A stretch of 62,987 nt of DNA, counting the filler, from Octopus bimaculoides (taxonomy: Eukaryota): NCBI RefSeq assembly GCF_001194135.2. It is 7 parts of 7 records of this genome, joined end to end, with 100 filler letters (N's around TTAATTAATTAA, not from the genome) between each part and the next. Parts side by side here need not be neighbours in the genome. Positions count along the whole stretch, not along the records: positions 47,226 to 54,318 come from NC_069005.1; positions 54,419 to 56,606 come from NC_068987.1; positions 56,707 to 58,777 come from NC_068981.1; positions 58,878 to 60,756 come from NW_026312463.1; positions 60,857 to 62,987 come from NW_026375452.1; 2 more parts are not named here. One strand, 5' to 3'. Under the pieces are notes generated by a model, which did not search any database, had not been told where the DNA came from, and saw only the letters and a program-made list of their open reading frames with translations. Shown here in pieces: positions 53,271 to 62,987 of the stretch. Position numbers and translations under genes: made by a program. The first letter of the stretch is position 1, and each line of letters starts with the position of its first letter.

Positions 53271-54176
53271 GTGTTCAACGAGGATGTCCTGCAAACCCTG
53301 GTGGAACAAAATCCTATTATAACTATTGATGAACTAGCAGAGAAGCTTGGATTTGGTCTGTCAACCATTCATTGACATCTGCGTGACATTGAAAATGTCA
53401 GCAAATTCAGTCAATAGGTTCCTCAGAAACTTACCGTGTCTCATCATGCGCAGAGAGTCTATGTGTGCTCTTCTTTGCTGTCACATCTCACGAATGAACC
53501 TTTTTGGGACTGAATAGTGACTGGTGACAAAAAATGGGTTCTCTATAAAAATGTCAAGCACCGAGGAGAGTGGGTTGGGAAAGGAGAAACACTGGCACCT
53601 CAGGCTAAAAAAGGTCTTCACCCATGTAAGATGTCGTTATCTGTTTCGTGAGATCTGAAAGGTTTAGTCCACTTTGAACTTTTAAACCCAAACCAAATGA
53701 TAACAAAGGAGATCTACTGTGAGCAGCTTGAGCGGCTTAAGTCAGCGCTAGAAGAAAAATGACCATCTTTGGTTTCAAGATGAAAGGTGTTCTTCCATCA
53801 GGATAATGCTCGGCCCCATACAGCGAGGATGACATTCCAAAGGTTGGAGCAGTTTGAATGGAAAACGATGCCCCAACCACAATATTTCCCAGACATTGCC
53901 CCATCTGATTATCATTTATTCCATAGTCTTCAAAATCATTTGGACGGAAAAAATATGAATTCTGTAGACAAGGTCAGAACAGTAACGGGGGAGTATTTCT
54001 CCTCACGGACAAGTGAATTTTGGATGAGGGGCTTTGCAGGTCTACCAAATAGATGGAAGAGCATTGTAGAAAATGAAGGAGAGTATATTTTAGATTAAAA
54101 AAGAACTTTGTTTACTTTAATTTTGAAAAATAAAAGTAGTATAACAAAAACTCACATTATTTATAGGATGACCCTA
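53271..54176 (+). mobile_element. Mariner (DD34D) transposase pseudogene with right TIR
   Basis: One frame from 53271 to 54098 with six internal stops. Motifs are IVTGDKKW (D 53526), FHQDNARPHT (D 53802) and YFPDIAPSDYHLF (D 53907), with exactly 34 residues between the last two Asp. TIR-like end ..ATAGGATGACCCTA followed by TA. Confidence 0.9.
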
Positions 54177-54274
54177 TATATATATAGTTCAAATATACAG
54201 AAAAAAGACAAAGACAGGTGTGGGAACAAGCAGGTGTATTAGTTTAATGGTTGGTGGGGAAAAATGGAAAAGTC

Positions 54275-54318
<44 letters not shown>

Positions 54319-54418
54319 NNNNNNNNNNNNNNNNNNNNNNNNNNNNNNNNNNNNNNNNNNNNTTAATTAATTAANNNNNNNNNNNNNNNNNNNNNNNNNN
54401 NNNNNNNNNNNNNNNNNN
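54319..54418. other. Artificial scaffold spacer
   Basis: Same 44+12+44 layout. Confidence 0.95.
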
Positions 54419-55440
54419 TTTTTTTTTATATATATATATTTTAGGAAATAACCTAAGTGACAAATATAAAACTTTAATGTAGAATCTACACATGACAGCC
54501 ATCTTAGCAAGCTATTTAAGATAAAACCGAACAAGGGAGGGGGGGGTCAGATTTTGGAAACGAAACCTTGAGAAAAGACGAAAAAGAGGGGAGGGGGAAG
54601 CTTTCAAAATGCATTTAAAAATATATGTATGTTTTTATGTATGCGTGTGTGTGCGCGTTTATATAGTTTAATTTAATTAGTATTACATATAGTTTCACCT
54701 ACTTAACGTTCAAATTTTACTCCCTACTAAAGAATAATTGTTTAATTTCCCACCCGTTCGCTCTTAGCATTAAAATTTAGCCTGGAACGTTAGGTTCATG
54801 TTTACCCTGGAACAGCCCTGGACTAGCAGGCCTTATAATGATCATAAGCTTTCCAGCTGTAATAATCCCGTTTTTGCGTGTGTGTGTGTGTGTGTATATA
54901 TATACGTATATATATATATGAGAGAGAGAGATTAGATTAGATTAATCAATGTGTCTTTTCTTTAGTAAGGCGACACGGTGATTTGAGGTAGATTTTAGCT
55001 TACATTTCGAGCAAGCAGGTTGAAATGACCACATAGGGACTGTCGTTGGCGAGCCAGCCGGAGAGTGTGTGACTGATACATTTTAGTTGCAAATTTTGCC
55101 TTTATTTCTCAATGATAAGAACGTATTTTAAAATTCGTAATGGAAATCTACAAAGCTGGCAAACAACAGTGTATTCATTAATTGTATATTTTAAACAGAA
55201 ACCATTTTTAATATATGCCCATTACATACATACACACCGTGTAATTCACTCTTACGGATATGCACACGTGCATACACACACGCACGCACACACACACGCA
55301 CACACATATATATATGTATATATATATATATATATATAAGTACTGTTGCTACATATTTCTCGCTCAGAGATTTAAAACTAGTTGTATATATATAAATATA
55401 TATATACATACATATACATATACATATACATATATATATA

Positions 55441-55600
55441 TATACCCACCTCTTCGAAACGCCGGTGTTAAAACGGGGGTAGCTGATGAAGGAAAATGTT
55501 CTCTATGTGGCTTGTGTGTTTTCTGTACTCTGGTTATTATTGTTTTCTTGTATACGTTTTGTTTGCAATGTCCTGTACCCAAATATGCACCTATATATAC
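55441..55600 (+). mobile_element. Possible Penelope-like terminal repeat fragment with hammerhead half-motifs
   Basis: CGAAA-CGCCGGTGT-T (55455-55469) and CTGATGA (55483-55489) are present but do not form a complete fold. Confidence 0.3.
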
Positions 55601-56606
55601 AGGTAGATGCAGGTATGCACATACCTGTACGTATATATGCATATACTCATATATATATATATAACTCCGGTGCATCAGCATGGCCGCAGCTCTAAGCTGA
55701 AACTATAAAAAATATATATATATATATATATATACAAATATATATATATATATACACAAATATATATATGTGTGTGTGTGTGTATATATATATATATGTA
55801 TGTATGTACACGCGTCCGGGGTTTTACTGACAACATTCAACTGAGTGATGTCTTAATTTATAAATAGACGAATAAAATAGAGTAAAGAGTGATTTATTAG
55901 AAATAAAAAAAAACTTCCAGTCCGTTAAGATTGTTATTTACTATTGTTATTCTTATTATTTTTATTATTATTATTAAAAAATCCACCATCACCCCCCCCC
56001 CCTAAAAAAGAAAGAACAGAAAGTATTTCAGCTACGAACGTACTCAGATCTTTTCGCGTTTTTTAAAGGCTTTTGCATACCATGGAGTTCGTGTGTTATT
56101 TTCTAGAATGCGTTATTTGATGGAGATTTGCTTGCTATTTCTAGCGACCAGCTGGGCATTATTTCCCTCGTTGCGATGCCGGTTCTTCTAGTAATGGTCG
56201 GACATTGTGCCGGTATTAATGGATAACAAGCGATTCATGCTCGTTGAATCAGACAATAACCAGACGACAGTTACAGAGCTGGAATATATTTTATATAACC
56301 GTTTTTTTTTCTTTCTTTGTCTTAGATCACCTGATTATTATTAATAGTAATAATTAATTTAAATCCAAATATATTCCATGCTTGTTTCTTGTTGATTTTT
56401 CTTTTCTCTTGTAATGTATATATATAAGAGTTGTTTTTGGAAATTTCCTTTATAACTAGTTCTTTATTCATTGGCATGATTACGCATATAGAACGTACAG
56501 ACATACCTACAATAATCTATCTATCTATCTATCTACGTATACATACATGAGTTATATATACGTATACATACATGTGTATATATACAAATATATAAATATA
56601 TATATA

Positions 56607-56706
56607 NNNNNNNNNNNNNNNNNNNNNNNNNNNNNNNNNNNNNNNNNNNNTTAATTAATTAANNNNNNNNNNNNNNNNNNNNNNNNNNNNNNNNNNNNNN
56701 NNNNNN
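56607..56706. other. Artificial scaffold spacer
   Basis: Same 44+12+44 layout. Confidence 0.95.
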
Positions 56707-56869
56707 ATTTATTTATATATTTATTTATTTATTATTTATATATATATATATTACGCAGAGACAGACCGACCGGCAGACAGGCTGACTGACTTGTTGAATA
56801 ATCATTTGATTTGTTTCTTTGATTGGTTGATTGATTTTGATCAGGTGATTATAGTAATCCTTAATAGGA

Positions 56870-57900
56870 AAAGACCCATTCAGGATGCCAGCGCATATGC
56901 TGCGCAGGCATACACAGTGATGGGTGCAACCGTACTGATTCGGAGACCACTGCGACAACGAAGATCGTGAACAGACGTGGTAGCCATTGATATGTGACAG
57001 TTCTTTTGAATTTGACTCGCTATAGCAGCTCGTCTCTTCATCCAAGTTGAAATCGTGGGTCAAATGCAGACCGAGATTGTGCGTTTGTCATACATCTAGT
57101 ATGTTTTCAGATGCTTGCTGCACCCAATCGTCCAGTGGAAATGTCAGCCTTCACATTCTATGTAGACTTAGCAGAGGGCATGAACAACGATGGCTTAGGA
57201 ACAATTCTGGATAACAAATGTCTGAATTGACACTCCAGGGGAATTATGGACAATTTCAAAAATTCCTAGGTTTGTCTATATTACAGGAGCGAAAATTGCC
57301 TGTTCGGGATAATCTCTATAGGTACGAAAGTACTAACAGATGAATCTCTTCAACGTTTACACACACAACTACGAAAGCGTCCAGCAAGCCATACTGTTCT
57401 CAATCAACTTTATCTGATGATCGAATCACCGCAATTTTTTGTGGCACAGAAGGGCAGCTGATTTACTTTTTCCCTGTGGCCATGTAAAAAAAAGAGTGTT
57501 GTTTTAGGGACCTGCTTGTATTTGCGGCAGCATTCACCCGGGGTGGGTTGAACCGGCTCCGACTTCACCGCGCCCCTCACGAACGCTAACCACATCAGAG
57601 AGTTGGCCCTAACGTTCCAGCAGGCAAAGAAATGCTTCTGCCCGTGGCCCAAGAATCCAGCTTGCAAATTTGACAAATGTCCCTCTGGGAGAGCAAGCGT
57701 GTCGGATACCATGGACGCCGTAGCTGTAGTCGCCATTTGTTGTTGAGGAGTAGAGGTCATGTTTGGATTTTAGGTGACAATATAAAATCCCAAGTGGCCC
57801 CAGTGACACGCATACACACTTTGGGATGTTCTGATCTGTAGCAGGTCATCTTGCTGTCGATTGTCAACCATCGATTATCAAGTCACCATTGAGGTGAAGG
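56870..57900 (-). mobile_element. Possible highly degenerate LINE endonuclease region (RTE-like)
   Basis: Minus strand FACWNVR (compare xTWNVR), later HDFN (compare GDFN) and SQWSPN (compare TWxSPN), in the expected order but in different frames. Confidence 0.35.
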
Positions 57901-58695
57901 TTGTGACTGGACACTACTCCCAACCCTCTTGCGTGTTTCACAAAAAGTGGGAGGCGATTGACGAAGTTACAGGAAGCTAGTCTGATCATGTGACCGTCAA
58001 CAGGAAGTAAGAGACTTGTGATATCCCTGATTAGAACAAAAGTAAACCAGGATTTACTTTCGGAAGGATTTTCTCTGTAGGTACCCTAGGGATTCCCTTC
58101 CATGATGCAAACCTTTAGAAGTTGACATTCCATTGTATTTCGTGTTTTTGTTGATCCCCCCCACTCACTCTTTTTTAAATCGATCTAAACCGTCCTTCCA
58201 CTGCAAAGTGCTGCTAGTCGTCCTTGTATTGTTACCAACATTATGGGCCCCTGTGGCCAATACAAGAACTCAGTATTATTGTGTTCCACTCCTTTTCCTT
58301 TTTCCACTTCCCCCTACGCATCTTCTTTGCCTTGTCCTCCTCCTCCTCCTCTTCTTCATCTCCTCCTCTCCACCGCTTCCCCACCTATAGTAATCTCCAC
58401 CTCCCCTTCCTCACGCTCTCTTGTCAGATCTGACCTTCTTTTGCCTATGCATGCTAATAAATGGACGTGTGTGTGTGTGTGTACATAAATATATATATCT
58501 ATAATTGTTTCCTACATTATACACACATATACACACGTATATACATGTCTATATGTGTGTGTATATATTATACAAATGTCTGTCTATTTGTGTGCATGGA
58601 TGTCAGTGTTCATGTATGTAAATAGATCTACGTGTGTATATATATATATATAAATTCATAAAACATGCATACATACTTGCAAATATACATAATGC

Positions 58696-58777
<82 letters not shown>

Positions 58778-58877
58778 NNNNNNNNNNNNNNNNNNNNNNN
58801 NNNNNNNNNNNNNNNNNNNNNTTAATTAATTAANNNNNNNNNNNNNNNNNNNNNNNNNNNNNNNNNNNNNNNNNNNN
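58778..58877. other. Artificial scaffold spacer
   Basis: Same 44+12+44 layout. Confidence 0.95.
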
Positions 58878-58920
<43 letters not shown>

Positions 58921-58921
58921 G

Positions 58922-59208
58922 ATCGAGTGAGAGAGCAGAGCATGCCATCAAAGTGATACTGAGTTACAATTATACGAAGCCCATTATATCCATCATGACT
59001 ACCCGTCTGATAAGGGTATACCAGGCGCATGGATCACAGCCATATGTGCGTGACACAGTGAGTGATCTTATATCAAGATAAACAGCACATGAACTTGCAG
59101 GTGGGGGGCCCAGTTAGAATTTTCTTCATGTTGAGTAGCTCATCCCGCTCAAAATGCCTCTGAATAAGGTTTGTTTAACGGTGATTAATGAAACACCCAT
59201 GTTTGCAG
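58922..59208 (-). mobile_element. Family D element 3' terminus abutting (TAA)n
   Basis: Homologous to 29094-29214; preceded on the plus strand by (TTA)n at 58878-58920; runs into a gap. Confidence 0.6.
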
Positions 59209-59997
59209 NNNNNNNNNNNNNNNNNNNNNNNNNNNNNNNNNNNNNNNNNNNNNNNNNNNNNNNNNNNNNNNNNNNNNNNNNNNNNNNNNNNNNNNNNNNN
59301 NNNNNNNNNNNNNNNNNNNNNNNNNNNNNNNNNNNNNNNNNNNNNNNNNNNNNNNNNNNNNNNNNNNNNNNNNNNNNNNNNNNNNNNNNNNNNNNNNNNN
59401 NNNNNNNNNNNNNNNNNNNNNNNNNNNNNNNNNNNNNNNNNNNNNNNNNNNNNNNNNNNNNNNNNNNNNNNNNNNNNNNNNNNNNNNNNNNNNNNNNNNN
59501 NNNNNNNNNNNNNNNNNNNNNNNNNNNNNNNNNNNNNNNNNNNNNNNNNNNNNNNNNNNNNNNNNNNNNNNNNNNNNNNNNNNNNNNNNNNNNNNNNNNN
59601 NNNNNNNNNNNNNNNNNNNNNNNNNNNNNNNNNNNNNNNNNNNNNNNNNNNNNNNNNNNNNNNNNNNNNNNNNNNNNNNNNNNNNNNNNNNNNNNNNNNN
59701 NNNNNNNNNNNNNNNNNNNNNNNNNNNNNNNNNNNNNNNNNNNNNNNNNNNNNNNNNNNNNNNNNNNNNNNNNNNNNNNNNNNNNNNNNNNNNNNNNNNN
59801 NNNNNNNNNNNNNNNNNNNNNNNNNNNNNNNNNNNNNNNNNNNNNNNNNNNNNNNNNNNNNNNNNNNNNNNNNNNNNNNNNNNNNNNNNNNNNNNNNNNN
59901 NNNNNNNNNNNNNNNNNNNNNNNNNNNNNNNNNNNNNNNNNNNNNNNNNNNNNNNNNNNNNNNNNNNNNNNNNNNNNNNNNNNNNNNNNNNNNNNNN

Positions 59998-60031
<34 letters not shown>

Positions 60032-60756
60032 TGTATATATATATGCATGTATGTATATATGTCTGGATGTATGTGTATATTTATATATGTATGTGTACAT
60101 TTATATATATGTATGTATGTGTACATTTATATATATATATATGTATGTATGTATGTGTACATTTATATATATATATATGTATGTGTACATTTATATATAT
60201 ATATATATGTGTGTGTGTATCTTTATATATATATGTGTGTGTGTATGTGTATGTTCATATATATATATATATGAATGTATGTGTATATTTATATGTATAC
60301 ATATAAAAATATATAAATATATACAGATATACATACGTGTGCGTGTGTGTAAGATAAGGGTAATAAAATATAGAGAAAATTTAATGAATGAAATGGAAAA
60401 TTTTCTATGTTAAATAATTGCATTTGATACGCGAATAATGAACTTTTATTTTCATTGGGAAATGTTCAAAGGGAAAATGAGTTCATGAGATTCATTTTTT
60501 AATTTCGTGAACCAGCAATTTCAAATGCTTGATGTTTCTTCACATGATGTCCGTTTAGTGATATGCTAAGCCGCTAACGATTCCAATATACGACAAAATT
60601 CACTTGCATTCTTGTTTCAGTTCACCTCTGTCACCCGTGCACTTACTATCAGTATTAATACTGCATATATCTCTAAAATTATGAATTTCCTTAGAACATT
60701 ATTAAATGTCCATTAGAGATACATTAAAAAGTTTTCTCTGCTATTCTAGTTGTCAT

Positions 60757-60856
60757 NNNNNNNNNNNNNNNNNNNNNNNNNNNNNNNNNNNNNNNNNNNN
60801 TTAATTAATTAANNNNNNNNNNNNNNNNNNNNNNNNNNNNNNNNNNNNNNNNNNNN
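60757..60856. other. Artificial scaffold spacer
   Basis: Same 44+12+44 layout. Confidence 0.95.
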
Positions 60857-61367
60857 GGGTGATATTGAACTCTACCCAGGATTTTATTGGTGTTTACAAA
60901 CGCCTTTACCCACAAGACCACCGAGACACCAACAGAAATTTAGTTAAAAATGACGTATTTATTTATATATATATTTATTGTATGAGTTTGTCAGTCCCTG
61001 TGAGATAAAAAAAAAAGTGAAAAGTTTTCATAAGGCCCCCTCGGTGCAGGCTCTGGGTGATATTGAACTCTACCCAGGATTTTATTGGTGTTTACAAACG
61101 CCTCTACCCACAAGACCACCGAGACACCAACAGAAATGTGGTTAAAAAATGACATATTTATTTATATATATATATTTATTGTATGATTGTATGTGTTTGT
61201 CAGTCCCTGTGAGATAAAAAAAAAAGTGAAAATTTTCCATAAGACCCCTTGGTGCAGGCTCTGGGTGATATTGAACTCTACCCAGAATTTTATTGGTGTT
61301 TACAAATGCCTTTACCTACAAGACCACCGAGACACCAACAGAAATATAGTTAAAAAATGACATATTT
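60857..61367. repeat. Tandem repeat, 2.5 units of about 200 bp
   Basis: Units start GGGTGATATTGAACTCTACCCAG at 60857, 61055 and 61263 (198 and 208 bp), nearly identical. Confidence 0.9.
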
Positions 61368-61603
61368 AAACGCCATTCTCTGTGAGCATGTAAAGGACAA
61401 ACTTGTCTTTGGCAAGATGAGTAAGACAAGATAAGGCATATTTTGCATTTTAAATTCTCCAGAAAACTCCTAGACATCAGAAATGTAAAGAAATAAATTA
61501 AAATATCTCGGCCAAATGAAAGAGGCTCAGAAAATTGGCGGCGGTGCATCGGCATGGCCGCAGATTTAAGCTAAAACTATAAACAAACATTGTAGGAATT
61601 AAA

Positions 61604-61700
61604 TTTCTTTTTAATCAAAAAGGTGTTCTATAATTATTTTTTCAAAAAGGTGTCGTTCTACAATTTCTTTTTCAAAAAGGTGTCGTTCTATAATTTTTTT
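61604..61700. repeat. Short tandem repeat, three units of 27-30 bp
   Basis: TCAAAAAGGTG(TC)GTTCTA at 61615, 61642 and 61672. Confidence 0.8.
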
Positions 61701-62360
61701 TTATTGAATTCTGCGAAAAGTTAGGTTTATAAATCCTAATTTTCACGTATAAAATTGCCGCCAGTAAGATGGAACAGTGGTGCTAGAGGTGGAAGGGGCG
61801 TTGGGGCGCGACAGGTGGTCTAGGCTGCCTGGGTTCGCGCCCCCCTTCCCCCTTCCCCTTTCACTTCTTTCATCGCCGGACCATTGACCCTGGCGGGTTT
61901 TTACTTCGCTCTATCATTTTTCCTCCTACTCCAGTCCCCCTCCTACTCCTAACCCTCCTAAATACTCCTAATTCTCAAAGACGAAATTAATTAATTAAAT
62001 AAATAATAATAAATTAATTAAAAAAAAAACAAAATAAACATACATTTCGTACGGAATACCTGCGGCTGAAGAAATACAGCTAGCTTTACTGATTGAGTGT
62101 TTACGAATCGATGTATGTAATTGATACATGTAAAGCCATTCCAGAATCGACCCTCTCTGATTGAAGTCACGTAATTGAAGCCGAGGAAGAATTATGGCTG
62201 CAACAAGGTAGGCAAAGAATAGAATCTTTTCTCTTTTTATACCCATTGTCTTTTACCATCGCCTTTTAATGCGTTTTACACGAACAAATTGACACAAGAG
62301 TCTTAATTTTTGGTTTAATGTGAACACCCGGTCATATATACGTATGTATATTGACATTTA

Positions 62361-62551
62361 TTGGGTTGTCCGCAAAGTTCGTGCCGGCCATATATACGTA
62401 TGTATATTGACATTTATTGGCAAATATTGGGTTGTCTGCAAAGTTCGTGCCGGCCATTACAATTTTGTGAATCTCCATCTTTTAACTTGAACATATCCTA
62501 AGTCGAAAATTAAGCTACTATAAATCGGCACGAACTTTGCGGACAACCCAA
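62361..62551. mobile_element. Mariner-derived MITE with duplicated left TIR
   Basis: TIR TTGGGTTGTCCGCAAAGTTCGTGCCG at 62361-62386; a second copy at 62427-62452 (one mismatch); a perfect inverted copy at 62526-62551. Both left TIRs are preceded by TA. Confidence 0.9.
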
Positions 62552-62987
62552 TGGAACAAAGCAAATGTAATGAATATTTCTGAAAAGAAAACTTTGCTCC
62601 AACGAACCGAAGGAGCAATGAAATGTCATTTATCGCCTATTACATCTCGTACAGACAAGTGGGGGTAAAAACATAGAACGAATGAATATGAGGATGTAAT
62701 GGCTACTACTCAACATCACATCCGAGTAGTATCATTTAAATGTGTCTGGCATATTGTGTATCTAATGTTTCATAAATCCACCACAGGTGACAAATGTCCA
62801 TAATAATCTATTTCTGTCCCCAATGGGTCTATAGCCTCACCAAAGTTTCCTTTTTTTGTAGCTTTTTCAACCAGTAATAACACATTGCCTACTTGGAACT
62901 TTCAATGTCTCTTCTTCTCTGACTATAAAAACTGTTTACTTTCTCTTCAATCGCTGCATTTGTCCAATGTTAAAAATCCTGTTGATG

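Noticed and set aside
57415-57432. CTGATGA-TC-GAA as a hammerhead core
   Set aside because: No room for stem II and no stem III or stem I pairing.
60857-61367. CRISPR-like periodicity
   Set aside because: Whole units repeat with no unique spacers, in a eukaryotic context.

Overview
AT-rich, microsatellite-saturated eukaryotic DNA from a gapped short-read assembly. The repeat families and the Hox gene suggest a cephalopod, probably Octopus (inference, no search run). The only host coding sequence I can support is the first coding exon (43112-43508, +) of a lophotrochozoan central Hox gene of the Lox2/Lox4 (Ubd-A) class. It starts MSSYL, ends FYPWMSIVG and is followed by a phase-1 GTAAGT donor; the homeobox exon is not visible in the window. 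About 0.8-1 kb upstream is a short non-repetitive island with a DR4 nuclear-receptor-type repeat, two Cdx/posterior-Hox-type sites, a CCAAT box and a TATA-like motif. The rest is mostly transposon debris: three tRNA-derived SINE families, Tc1/mariner relics and MITEs, an hAT-type MITE, and L1/Tx1, RTE, R4/Dong-like and Penelope-like fragments, plus mini- and microsatellites. The most unusual signal is a near-canonical minimal type I hammerhead ribozyme on the minus strand (31987-32026). It lies directly downstream of a Pol III SINE head, about 11 kb upstream of the Hox exon. Six 100-bp N44-TTAATTAATTAA-N44 spacers are artificial scaffold joins, so contiguity across them is unproven. Nearly all long ORFs in the track are artefacts of N runs or simple repeats.
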